Shown here: piece by piece, positions 1 to 8,515 of the stretch | How the letters are laid out: the number at the start of each line of letters is the position of its first letter | Position numbering within the stretch: the stretch's first letter is position 1 | From: Acidobacteriota bacterium | Lineage (GTDB): Bacteria; Actinomycetota; Acidimicrobiia; Spongiisociales; UBA11373 | Assembly (NCBI GenBank): GCA_022571885.1 | Contig: JACZWZ010000003.1 | Location: 1 to 47,620, forward strand | DNA length: 47,620 nt | Direction of reading: 5' to 3' | Notes under the pieces: generated by a model | Told to the model about the DNA's origin: nothing | The model's input: only the letters and a program-made list of their open reading frames with translations | Databases searched by the model: none | Translations under genes and position numbers: made by a program

Positions 1-165
1 TGTCAGATTCCCCTACGTATTTGGCCTGTGGTGGATTGACTCCCCCGGGGGGTGTTGTCAGATTCCCCTACGTATTTGGCCTGTGGTGGATTGACTCCCC
101 CGGGGGGTGTTGTCAGATTCCCCTACGCATTTGGCCCGTGGCCGATTGACTCCCCCAGGGAGAGC
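1..165. repeat. Tandem direct repeat, 55-bp unit x3, truncated by the window edge
   Basis: The unit is TGTCAGATTCCCCTACGTATTTGGCCTGTGGTGGATTGACTCCCCCGGGGGGTGT. Copies at 1-55 and 56-110 are identical. The copy at 111-165 has about 8 substitutions. Each unit contains a CCCCCGGGGG palindrome. Confidence 0.9.
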
Positions 166-176
166 GATCTTCCTTG

Positions 177-692
177 CTAATCGCTGATCGTCTTCTTGTA
201 ATCCTTCTCACCGGCACGGATCGGCACCTGAAGCCAATTCTCGCCCGGTGGGAGCGGGCATGAGTATGCGTCGTTGTAGGCACAGAAGGGGTTGTACGCC
301 AGGTTGAAGTCGATCTTCACCTTGCCCCGCGTGGCCGGTTCGACATCCAGGTAGCGACCGGCGCCGTAGGTCTCCTTGCCCGAGGTGGAGTCGCGGAACG
401 GAAGGAAGTAGCCGTGGCTTTGGCCGGTGCCGTAGAGCGTCAGCGAGACCTCACCGCCGTCGACCTCGAATGACACCACCGCCTCGCGGGTGTAGACCCG
501 ATGTTGACCGTCCGAGGTCTGAACGCGAACCTCGGAGCCGTCTGCCGGCTCGATTTCGAGTTCGAGAGAGAGTGACGGTTCCTCGTCGTAGTAGTCGAGC
601 CCCGTGAAACCACTTCGGTCGTCGACGGGTGAATCCGGCGAGGACCCGAAGAAGTCGTCCTTCTGTTTTCTCAATTGAGTGAGTGCGCTCAT
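177..692 (-). CDS. DUF1684 family protein
   Basis: 171-aa ORF. The C-terminal pattern NPFCAYNDAYSCPLPPGENWLQVPIRAGEK and the overall layout match my memory of DUF1684 proteins. Confidence 0.7.
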   Translation of the reverse strand: MSALTQLRKQKDDFFGSSPDSPVDDRSGFTGLDYYDEEPSLSLELEIEPADGSEVRVQTSDGQHRVYTREAVVSFEVDGGEVSLTLYGTGQSHGYFLPFRDSTSGKETYGAGRYLDVEPATRGKVKIDFNLAYNPFCAYNDAYSCPLPPGENWLQVPIRAGEKDYKKTISD

Positions 693-798
693 GGTCTCTG
701 CTCAACCGCGTCGCATTGCTCGGGATTCCCGATCCGGAGAATGTCGATCGTGACTCGGGAGCCTGCATGCTGCCTGCTGCACGCTGCATCCTCCCTTC

Positions 799-1203
799 TC
801 ACATGATTCGGAATGTCCAGGTGAACTGGCCCGGGTCGGGACCCCCGCCGCTGACACGCTCCCAGTAGATCGTGACCTCATGGTCTCCGGCGCCCCAGAG
901 TTCGAACAGCGTTGCAGGCCCGGGCTGCCACAGGTAGCGGCCGGTCGCCGGGGTGAACCCGATCTCGGCCCGGGGGATGGTGATGCCATCGACCTCCAAT
1001 TCCAGCGAATAACCCACCGGAAGGTCGACTTCGATCGCTGTCTGGCGTACCACTATGTCGCCGGGGAGGGGGAACACCTGCTCCAAGGGCCGGGGTAGTA
1101 CCGCATCCTCACCGAGTGGGTTGAAGATCACCACTGCAACGACGAGACCGACCAGGGAAGCGATCGACCAGATGAGGATCTGGCGGTAGCGACGGCTGTT
1201 CAT
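799..1203 (-). CDS. Hypothetical membrane-anchored protein (134 aa)
   Basis: Internal ATG at 1203 gives MNSRRYRQILIWSIASLVGLVVAVVIFNP (a single N-terminal TM segment). The longer 344-aa ORF would run antisense through dapC. Confidence 0.55.
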   Translation of the reverse strand: MNSRRYRQILIWSIASLVGLVVAVVIFNPLGEDAVLPRPLEQVFPLPGDIVVRQTAIEVDLPVGYSLELEVDGITIPRAEIGFTPATGRYLWQPGPATLFELWGAGDHEVTIYWERVSGGGPDPGQFTWTFRIM

Positions 1204-1213
1204 GGCGGAGAGC

Positions 1214-1300
1214 GTAGAGGCCGCCCGTTTCCCGTTTCCCGTTTCCCGTTTCCCGACTGGCTGTGTCGGGCATCGGGCATCGGGTATTCGGCATCGGATC
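1214..1300. repeat. Composite heptamer element (short subfamily): CCCGTTT x4-5 followed by TCGGGCA-type x5
   Basis: 1224-1258 holds four perfect CCCGTTT copies plus CCCGACT. 1266-1300 holds TCGGGCA TCGGGCA TCGGGTA TTCGGCA TCGGATC. The arms are partly complementary through their CCCG/CGGG cores. It lies in the divergent intergenic region. Confidence 0.9.
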
Positions 1301-1314
1301 GCTACCGTTCGCTC

Positions 1315-2463
1315 ATGCGTACCAACCCGGTGCTCGATCAGCTCGGGGCCTATCCGATAACCGAGATCCAGGACACTGCACGCAGCATGCGCGACGCAGG
1401 CGAACGGCTGATCGATTTCTCCATCGGTGATCCACGCGAACCGACTCCTCCATTCATTCGGGAAGCGGTGAGGGCTGCGGTCCCCGAGGTGACGCAGTAT
1501 CCGCAGACATCGGGGTTGGCGGTGTTGCGGGAGGCCATTGCCGGATATGCCCGACGGCGGTTTGGTGCCGAGATCGACCCGGCGACTCAGGTGATGCCGG
1601 TCAGTGGAGCCAAAGAAGCGATCTTCTCGACGCCGTTCGCCTTCATCGACGCCTACGCCAATGACCTGGTCGCCTGGGGGACACCTACCTATCCGGTATA
1701 CGAGCGAGGCGCCCGTTTCGCAGGTGCCGATGTTCTTCCGATCGTGCTCCGAGGCGACTTTGTGCTCAGAGTCGACGACATCCCGGAGGATGCATGGGAT
1801 CGGCTGCGGCTGTTGTGGGTTTGCACGCCGCACAACCCCACCGGAGCGGTCACTTCCGCCGACGAACTGGCCGCGCTATATGAGAAGTGCCGCGAGACCG
1901 ACACCTTGCTCCTTTCGGACGAGGCGTACGGCGACATCTACGCCGATGACCCCCCGGCGTCGATTCTCGACGTCGCCGGCCCGGGTGTGCCCGGTGCGTT
2001 GGCCTTCCTCTCATGTTCGAAGCGATCGGGCATGACCGGATACCGCACCGGGGCCATGGTCGGGGATCCGAAAGCAATCGAAGCCCTCCGCAGGTTGCGC
2101 TCCTCGGCCGGGGTCGCATCTCCAGAGTTCGTCCAGGAGGCTGCTGCTGTCGCTTGGGCGGATGACGCTCACGCCGCCGAACGACGCCGGATCTTCTCGG
2201 CGAAGAGAAAGGTGCTACGAGGCGGATTGGAGGCGGCGGGAATCGAGATTGTGGGATCCGAAGCCGGTCTCTATCTGTGGTTGAAGGTCGATGACGACGT
2301 CGCCTCTACCAAGCGGTTGTTGACCGAAGGAGTGGTGGTCTCGCCGGGAAGGGCCTTCGGGCCCGGCGGCGAAGGGCACTTGCGCATGGCGCTCGTTCCA
2401 ACGGTCGAGGAGTGCGCCGAAGCCATGGAAGTGGTAATCAGATGTCTCAGCACCAAGAGCTGA
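1315..2463 (+). CDS. dapC: Class I/II aminotransferase, probably succinyldiaminopimelate aminotransferase
   Basis: 382 aa with a PLP-lysine context SCSKRSGMTGYRTG. It overlaps the dapD start. The dapC assignment rests on context with dapD/dapE. Confidence 0.65.
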   Translation: MRTNPVLDQLGAYPITEIQDTARSMRDAGERLIDFSIGDPREPTPPFIREAVRAAVPEVTQYPQTSGLAVLREAIAGYARRRFGAEIDPATQVMPVSGAKEAIFSTPFAFIDAYANDLVAWGTPTYPVYERGARFAGADVLPIVLRGDFVLRVDDIPEDAWDRLRLLWVCTPHNPTGAVTSADELAALYEKCRETDTLLLSDEAYGDIYADDPPASILDVAGPGVPGALAFLSCSKRSGMTGYRTGAMVGDPKAIEALRRLRSSAGVASPEFVQEAAAVAWADDAHAAERRRIFSAKRKVLRGGLEAAGIEIVGSEAGLYLWLKVDDDVASTKRLLTEGVVVSPGRAFGPGGEGHLRMALVPTVEECAEAMEVVIRCLSTKS

Positions 2464-3251
2464 TCGACGCCGCATTCGTCGACCTCGATCTGTTGTCGGA
2501 GGCATCCGATGCGGTCCACGCGACGATCGCTCGGCTCGACGCCGGAGAAATCCGCGTCGCCGAGAAGGTCGACGGTGAGTGGGTGGTGAACGAGTGGATC
2601 AAGCGAGCGATCATGCTCTACTTCCGGCTGGCCGGACTCGAGACCTGGCGTGCCGGTCCGATGGAATTCCACGACAAGATTCCCCCCAAGACCGGCCTCG
2701 CCGAACAGGGCATTCGGGTGGTGCCTCCCGGCGTCGTGAGATACGGCGCATTCTGTGAACCGGGCGTCGTCGTCATGCCCGGCTACGTCAACATCGGTGC
2801 ATATGTTGGTTCCGGGACGATGGTGGATACGTGGGCAACCGTCGGATCCTGCGCTCAGATCGGCAAGAACGTACATCTGAGCGGTGGAGTCGGTATCGGC
2901 GGCGTGCTGGAGCCTCCTTCGGCTCGTCCGGTCATCATCGAGGACGGCGCCTTTATCGGAAGTCGCTGCATCCTGGTCGAAGGTGTCGTGATCGAGCAAG
3001 GAGCCGTGCTCGGGGCCAACGTGTCGATCACCGCTTCGACCCCGATCATCGACGTGACCGGACCAGAGCCGGTGGAGCATCGGGGTCGAGTTCCGGCCAA
3101 CTCCGTCGTCTTGCGCGGATCGCGGCCCAAGCAATTCCCGGCGGGTACCTACGAGCTGTCGTGTGCTCTCATCGTTGGCCAGCGCAAAGAGTCGACCGAT
3201 GAGAAGACCTCACTCAACGATGCGCTGCGGGTGTTCGAGGTCCCGTTGTGA
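2442..3251 (+). CDS. dapD: 2,3,4,5-tetrahydropyridine-2,6-dicarboxylate N-succinyltransferase
   Basis: N-terminal LDAGEIRVAEKVDGEWVVNEWIKRAIMLYFRL resembles E. coli-type DapD, and hexapeptide repeats follow. Start chosen at MSQHQ (2442); the ORF opens at 2412. Confidence 0.8.
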   Translation: MSQHQELIDAAFVDLDLLSEASDAVHATIARLDAGEIRVAEKVDGEWVVNEWIKRAIMLYFRLAGLETWRAGPMEFHDKIPPKTGLAEQGIRVVPPGVVRYGAFCEPGVVVMPGYVNIGAYVGSGTMVDTWATVGSCAQIGKNVHLSGGVGIGGVLEPPSARPVIIEDGAFIGSRCILVEGVVIEQGAVLGANVSITASTPIIDVTGPEPVEHRGRVPANSVVLRGSRPKQFPAGTYELSCALIVGQRKESTDEKTSLNDALRVFEVPL

Positions 3252-4354
3252 GCAGCGCTGATGGCTCTTCAGCGTACGGCTCATCGGGCGGCGGTTCGGG
3301 CTCCGGCCCCAACCGACTGGTCGACGATCTCTGCTGGCTGGTCGACATCCGATCGGTGACCGGTGAGGAGCGTGAACTGCGCGATGCCATTGCCGGGCGT
3401 CTCTCTGCCACCGTCGAGGTCGAGAAGGTCGGGGAGTCACTGGTGGTCGGTCGCCGCACCGGCAAGCCGAGGATCGATCTGTACGGCCATCTCGACACCG
3501 TCCCCGAAAACGGGAACCTCCCCGCCAGGATCGAGGCCGGACGGGTTAATGGATTGGGAACCACCGACATGAAGTCGGGCCTGGCCTTGATGCTGGCTGC
3601 TCTGAGGAGCGAGGCGGTTGCGAATGGCCCGTACGACGTGTTTGGGATCTTTTACGACCGCGAGGAGGGCCCGGCAGCCGAGAACGGTCTCGATGGGGTG
3701 TTGGACGAGGTAGGCCATCTCGGTGACGCCGAGTTGGCACTGGTGATGGAACCAACCGACAACGAGCTCCAGTTGGGCTGTCAGGGCACCATCAACGCCT
3801 CCGTCGTCTTCGAAGGTGAAGCCGCTCACAGCGCCCGGCCCTGGTTGGGCGAGAACGCAGTCACCAAGGCGGGGGTGTGGCTGGCGGAGATGCACCGCCG
3901 CGAGGCACGTGATGTCATGGTCGAGGGCCTCATGTTCCGAGAGACCTTTGTGGTCACGACGGCCTCAGGGGGTGTGGCCCGTAACGTCATTCCTGCGTCC
4001 TTCGCCCTCAATGTCAACCATCGTTATCCGCCGGATCGCTCATCCAAGGAGGCCGAGCAGATCCTGGCCGACGTCTGCGCCGCCGCCGATCGCTTTGAGA
4101 TCGTGGATAGGGCGCCGGCGGCCCCGATACCCGGCGACAATCGACACGTCGAGCGACTGAAGGCGTCGGGGGTGGCCGCCGTCACCGCCAAGACGGCGTG
4201 GACCGACGTGGCGCGTCTCGCTCTACGCGGCATCCCGGCGGTCAACTTCGGCCCGGGGGAGGTCTCCTTGGCCCACCGGGCCGACGAGTCGGTGTCGATC
4301 GAGGCGTTGGAAACGGGTTGGACGATCCTGGAGCAGTTCCTGACGACCCAGTAG
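3248..4354 (+). CDS. dapE: Succinyl-diaminopimelate desuccinylase (M20 peptidase family)
   Basis: 368 aa with a GTGA overlap with the dapD stop. M20-type motifs are present (YGHLDTVP, GTTDMKSG, and a C-terminal region with PAVNFGPG..LAHRADE). Confidence 0.75.
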   Translation: MSSADGSSAYGSSGGGSGSGPNRLVDDLCWLVDIRSVTGEERELRDAIAGRLSATVEVEKVGESLVVGRRTGKPRIDLYGHLDTVPENGNLPARIEAGRVNGLGTTDMKSGLALMLAALRSEAVANGPYDVFGIFYDREEGPAAENGLDGVLDEVGHLGDAELALVMEPTDNELQLGCQGTINASVVFEGEAAHSARPWLGENAVTKAGVWLAEMHRREARDVMVEGLMFRETFVVTTASGGVARNVIPASFALNVNHRYPPDRSSKEAEQILADVCAAADRFEIVDRAPAAPIPGDNRHVERLKASGVAAVTAKTAWTDVARLALRGIPAVNFGPGEVSLAHRADESVSIEALETGWTILEQFLTTQ

Positions 4355-4410
4355 TGGTCTGCTCCGGTGCCTTGTTGGGCGAAATCGCGGTGGGAGTACC
4401 ATCTCGGCTC

Positions 4411-4701
4411 GTGCCGATCGACATCGATATCGCCAAGGTTGCTCGTCTGGCGCGCCTCGGATTGTCCGAGGAGGAATTGGCCGCCTACGGGTCACAACTC
4501 GAGAGCATCCTCGAACACGCGGCGCGGGTTCAAGCGCTCCCGACCGAAGGGGTAGAGCCCACCGCTCACCCGCTGCCGATGGTCAATGCCCATCGATCCG
4601 ACGAGATCGAGCCCACGCTCGATCGCGATGAGGTGCTTGCTCAGGCGCCGGATCACGTCGACGGGTTCTTCAAGGTTCCCGCCTTTCTGGAGGATGAGTG
4701 A
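4411..4701 (+). CDS. gatC: Asp/Glu-tRNA amidotransferase subunit C
   Basis: GTG at 4411 gives VPIDIDIAKVARLARLGLSEEELAAYGSQLESIL, a typical GatC sequence. It sits directly upstream of gatA. Confidence 0.85.
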   Translation: MPIDIDIAKVARLARLGLSEEELAAYGSQLESILEHAARVQALPTEGVEPTAHPLPMVNAHRSDEIEPTLDRDEVLAQAPDHVDGFFKVPAFLEDE

Positions 4702-6176
4702 GCGACCCGGCGGACCTTACGATCGTCGAGGCGGCCGCCGCCCTTCGCTCCGAGGATCTGACTGCGGTGGAGCTGCTGGCCGCGGTGCGTCGTCGGGCGG
4801 CGATGACTGAGGCCAACATCCACGCTTACCTGACGATTGATGTCGAGGGCGCCGAGGCGTCGGCTCGGGCGGCCGACGATGCCTTCGCCGGCGGCGAGGA
4901 TCGGGGGCCGCTGCAGGGGATTCCGATCGCCCTCAAGGACAACATGGTGACCCGCGGCTTGGAAACCACCGCCTCGTCTCAGATCCTGGCCGGTTGGCAT
5001 CCGCCCTACGACGCCACGGTGGTCACCAGGCTGCGTGACGCCGGGGCGGTGATCGTCGGTAAGACGAATCTCGATGAGTTCGCCATGGGATCTTCGACCG
5101 AGAACTCCGCATACGGGACGTCGCGCAACCCGTGGGATCCAGAACGAGTTCCGGGAGGCTCGAGCGGAGGTTCGGCGGCCGCGGTCGCAGTCGGGTCTGC
5201 CTTGGCCGCTCTGGGATCGGACACAGGGGGGTCGGTCCGGCAGCCGGCTTCTCTGTGTGGTGTCGTCGGGATGAAGCCGACCTACGGGCTGGTCAGCCGG
5301 TACGGGCTGATTGCCTTTGCCTCCTCGTTGGATCAGATCGGTCCGATCACTCGCAGCGTGGCCGACGCGCTGGCGGTCCTGCAAGGAATTTCAGGACACG
5401 ATCCCGAGGACGCCACCTCCTACCGCGGCGAGCTTCCCGACTTCGGGTCGCAGATCGATCGAGGCGTCGAAGGATTGAAGATTGGAGTGGTGTCGGAACT
5501 CTCCGGCGAGGGCACGGAGCCGGCGGTGGCGGCGGAGTTTCGGACGATGCTCCAACGGCTCGAGGGTGCCGGTGCCGAAATCAAGGAGCTATCGCTTCCC
5601 AGCACCGCCTATGCCCTCAGCGCCTATTACTTGATTGCTCCCGCCGAGTGCTCGGCCAACCTGGCCCGCTTCGACGGCGTTCGGTTCGGGCTACGTCTCG
5701 ATGGTGGGACGGTCGAGGAGATGATGGGTGCCACCCGGGCCGCAGGATTCGGGCCTGAAGTGATCCGTCGCATTCTGCTCGGCACTTATGCCTTGTCGGC
5801 CGGGTATTACGACGCCTTCTACGGTCAAGCTCAGAAGGTGCGGACGCTCGTCATCGACGACTTCAAACAGGCTTACGAACAGGCCGACGTGCTGGTGACC
5901 CCAACAAGTCCGACCACCGCCTTCAAGGTAGGAGAGCGAACCGACGATCCGCTGGCGATGTATCTGAGCGATCTTTGCACGATTCCCAGCAACCTCTCCG
6001 GCGATCCGGGCATCTCGGTGCCCACCGGGGTCGACGACGCCGGACTGCCTATCGGCTTCCAGGTGCTGGCGCCGGCTCTGGCGGAGCCGCTCATGTTTCG
6101 GGTCGCTCAGGCCGTGGAGGATCTTGCCGGCTTCGACGCCAGGCCGACCCTTGCCAGTTCGGAGGGAGCGGCATGA
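4698..6176 (+). CDS. gatA: Asp/Glu-tRNA amidotransferase subunit A
   Basis: 492 aa with the amidase signature GGSSGGSAAAVA. GTGA overlap with gatC. Confidence 0.9.
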   Translation: MSDPADLTIVEAAAALRSEDLTAVELLAAVRRRAAMTEANIHAYLTIDVEGAEASARAADDAFAGGEDRGPLQGIPIALKDNMVTRGLETTASSQILAGWHPPYDATVVTRLRDAGAVIVGKTNLDEFAMGSSTENSAYGTSRNPWDPERVPGGSSGGSAAAVAVGSALAALGSDTGGSVRQPASLCGVVGMKPTYGLVSRYGLIAFASSLDQIGPITRSVADALAVLQGISGHDPEDATSYRGELPDFGSQIDRGVEGLKIGVVSELSGEGTEPAVAAEFRTMLQRLEGAGAEIKELSLPSTAYALSAYYLIAPAECSANLARFDGVRFGLRLDGGTVEEMMGATRAAGFGPEVIRRILLGTYALSAGYYDAFYGQAQKVRTLVIDDFKQAYEQADVLVTPTSPTTAFKVGERTDDPLAMYLSDLCTIPSNLSGDPGISVPTGVDDAGLPIGFQVLAPALAEPLMFRVAQAVEDLAGFDARPTLASSEGAA

Positions 6177-7609
6177 CCTGGGAAGTCGTGATCGGGATCG
6201 AGACTCACGTCGAGCTGCGTACCGAATCGAAGATGTTCTGCGGGTGCCCGGTCGGATTCGGCGCCGAGCCGAACACCGCCGTATGCCCGGTGTGCCTGGG
6301 CCTTCCGGGAGCCCTCCCGGTCCCCAACGAGAAGGCGATCGAGTGGACGATGCGCCTTGGGCTGGCGCTGGATTGCGACGTCACCCAGCAGTCGCTGTTC
6401 CATCGTAAGAACTACTTCTATGCGGACATGCCGAAGAACTACCAGATCTCGCAGTTCGATTTTCCGCTGTGCGTGGGAGGCCACCTCGATGTGACCACCA
6501 GCGACGGAGACCGCCGGATCGGTATCACGCGGGTGCACCTGGAGGAGGACACCGGCAAGAGCACCCATCTCGGTGAGGGTGGGCGCATCGGATCGTCGGG
6601 GGGTGCGCTGGTGGATTTCAACCGGGCCGGGATTCCGCTCATGGAGGTGGTCTCCGAACCGGACATTCGCACACCTGAAGAGGCGCGGGTTTACGCCCAA
6701 GAGTTGCGTGCCGTCGTCTTGGCGCTCGGCGTCTCGGACGCTCGGCTCGAAGAGGGGAGTATGCGCTTCGACGCCAATATCTCGCTTCGCTCCGAGGGAG
6801 CCACCGAGCTGGGGGTCAAGGTCGAAGTAAAGAATATGAACTCGCTGCGAAGCCTGCAGCGGGCCCTCAGTCATGAAATCGAGCGTCAGACCAAGATCCT
6901 CGACGAGGGCGGGGCCATCGCCCAGGAAACTCGCCACTGGGACGAGGAGGCCGGCCGCACTGAGGCCGGGCGCTCCAAGGAAGAGGCGAGCGACTATCGG
7001 TATTTCTCCGAGCCCGATCTGGTACCGCTGGTGGTGACCGACGAAGTCGTCGCCGGACTCCGCTCCGAACTGCCCGAACTGCCTGCTCAGACCGGGGCTC
7101 GCTTCGAGGCTGCAGGCGTAGATTCCATCGCGGCACGGGTTCTGGTCGGCGGCAGCCTGGGATCGCTGTTCGACGAGGCGGTCGTCGCCGGAGCCGCCGC
7201 CCCCGAGGTGGCAAAGTGGCTTACCGGAGAGGTGACGGCACACCTGAATCGAGAGGGCGCCGACCCGCCGGCGTTGTCGCTGGATGGCGCCGCTCTTGCC
7301 GAGCTCATAGCGATGGTCGAGGCGGGTGATCTCTCGTCCACAGCCGCCAAACAGGTCCTCGAAGGCGTGCTCACCGGCGAGGGCCAGCCTCGCCAGGTGG
7401 CGGAGGCGCGGGACCTGATCCAGATTCGCGACGAGGAAGCGCTTGCCGAGGCCGTTGCCGCCGTCGTGGCGGCCCATCCGGAGGAGATGGGGCGGATCGC
7501 AGACGGAGACGGGAAGCTCATCGGCTTCCTGGTCGGGCAGGTGATGAAGGCCACCGGCGGCAAAGCGGATCCTCGACGCGTGTCGGAGCTCATAAGGGAA
7601 AGCAGCTGA
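6173..7609 (+). CDS. gatB: Asp/Glu-tRNA amidotransferase subunit B
   Basis: Starts at MTWEVVIGIETHVEL with an ATGA overlap with gatA. The C-terminal GatB/YqeY-like tail contains LIGFLVGQVMKATGGKADP. Confidence 0.9.
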   Translation: MTWEVVIGIETHVELRTESKMFCGCPVGFGAEPNTAVCPVCLGLPGALPVPNEKAIEWTMRLGLALDCDVTQQSLFHRKNYFYADMPKNYQISQFDFPLCVGGHLDVTTSDGDRRIGITRVHLEEDTGKSTHLGEGGRIGSSGGALVDFNRAGIPLMEVVSEPDIRTPEEARVYAQELRAVVLALGVSDARLEEGSMRFDANISLRSEGATELGVKVEVKNMNSLRSLQRALSHEIERQTKILDEGGAIAQETRHWDEEAGRTEAGRSKEEASDYRYFSEPDLVPLVVTDEVVAGLRSELPELPAQTGARFEAAGVDSIAARVLVGGSLGSLFDEAVVAGAAAPEVAKWLTGEVTAHLNREGADPPALSLDGAALAELIAMVEAGDLSSTAAKQVLEGVLTGEGQPRQVAEARDLIQIRDEEALAEAVAAVVAAHPEEMGRIADGDGKLIGFLVGQVMKATGGKADPRRVSELIRESS

Positions 7610-8249
7610 TCGAGCCCCCCAGTGCGGTCGTATTCGACTGCGACGGTGTCCTGGTGGATTCGGAGCCGCACAGTCGCATCGCCTGGCTGGAGGTGCTCGA
7701 TCAGTTCGGCCATCCGGCGACCGAGGCCGACATCAAAGCCTGCACCGGCCTCGGCTTCGGCTCAACCCATGAGTTCCTCAGCACGATCGAGCCGATTCCT
7801 CCTCCTCGTGACGTGTGGTCGTCGCTGCTGGAAGCGCTGCAGCGGTCCTTCCAACGCGGGCTCGAGGTGTTTCCCGATGCGATCGAGCTCCTCGACGCGG
7901 TTACTGCGGTGGGATTGCCGGTGGCAGTGGCATCGGGTCCCCGCGACAACGCCTCGATCTCACATTGCGGATCGCCGGTTTGATCGATCGTGTTGCAGTG
8001 TCGGTGGCCGGCGACGAGGTGGCGGCGGAGAAGCCCGATCCGGCGGTCTACCTGGCGGCCATCGAGGCTCTAGATCGATCGGCGTCGGGAGTGGTGGCAA
8101 TCGAGGACTCCGTGGCCGGTGCCACCTCGGCCGTTCGGGCCGGTCTCGATGTGATCGCGATCGAGCGCCATCCGGCCGATCTGGCTCTGCTCACCGCGGC
8201 CGGGGTTCGGGTGGTCGACCGTCTCGAACCGGCCTTGATCGGCCTGTGA
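7606..8249 (+). pseudogene. HAD-IA hydrolase (beta-phosphoglucomutase-like), frame-disrupted
   Basis: Frame A encodes AVVFDCDGVLVDSE...LPVAVASG and then stops at 7981. Frame B continues from 7938 as SPRQRLDLTLRIAGL...GDEVAAEKPDPAVYL...VAIEDSVAG. One base is missing near 7936-7938. No ATG/GTG/TTG precedes the DxD motif; only CTG at 7606 or ATC at 7609 is available. Confidence 0.6.
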
Positions 8250-8515
8250 GACCGGAGCAGGCGCGTCGCCTACGGTCGTCGCGTCACCGTCACTCCAATC
8301 CCCAATCCGATGATGAGGACCGCGCTCGCTGGACGGACTCCCGGTTGGTGCAGGCGGCATCGTCATCAGCACCCGATCCAGCAGCGGTGCGACGTGGGTG
8401 AAGGTGAGTTTGGGTCTACCGGATGGCCCCGTACACGAGCCAACTGAAGGCGGTTGAGGTGAATCGGGCGCCGCCTCTGCTCTGAATCGACATCGGTCCC
8501 GTACCATCGGCCCCG

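Noticed and set aside
1-165. Possible CRISPR array at the left edge
   Set aside because: The whole 55-bp unit repeats head to tail with no unique spacers between repeats, and no cas genes are nearby.
692-799. Possible degenerate heptamer element (GGGATTCCCGATCCGGAGAATGTCGATCG)
   Set aside because: Only one or two units resemble the ATTCCCG/ATCGGGN families. This is too short and degenerate to call.
1204-1833. N-terminal extension of the 344-aa ORF 799-1833
   Set aside because: The extension runs through the heptamer repeat element and antisense into dapC. The internal ATG at 1203 gives a sensible TM-anchored protein.
6107-7477. 456-aa ORF on the minus strand
   Set aside because: It is antisense to gatB, whose product has unmistakable family motifs. 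The shadow ORF is Arg/Gly/Leu-rich with no recognisable motif, which is typical of high-GC antisense frames.
8250-8515. Possible small gene in the 266-nt gap before the epimerase gene
   Set aside because: Both strands were read. Only short ORFs with no start context, motifs or hydrophobic pattern were found.
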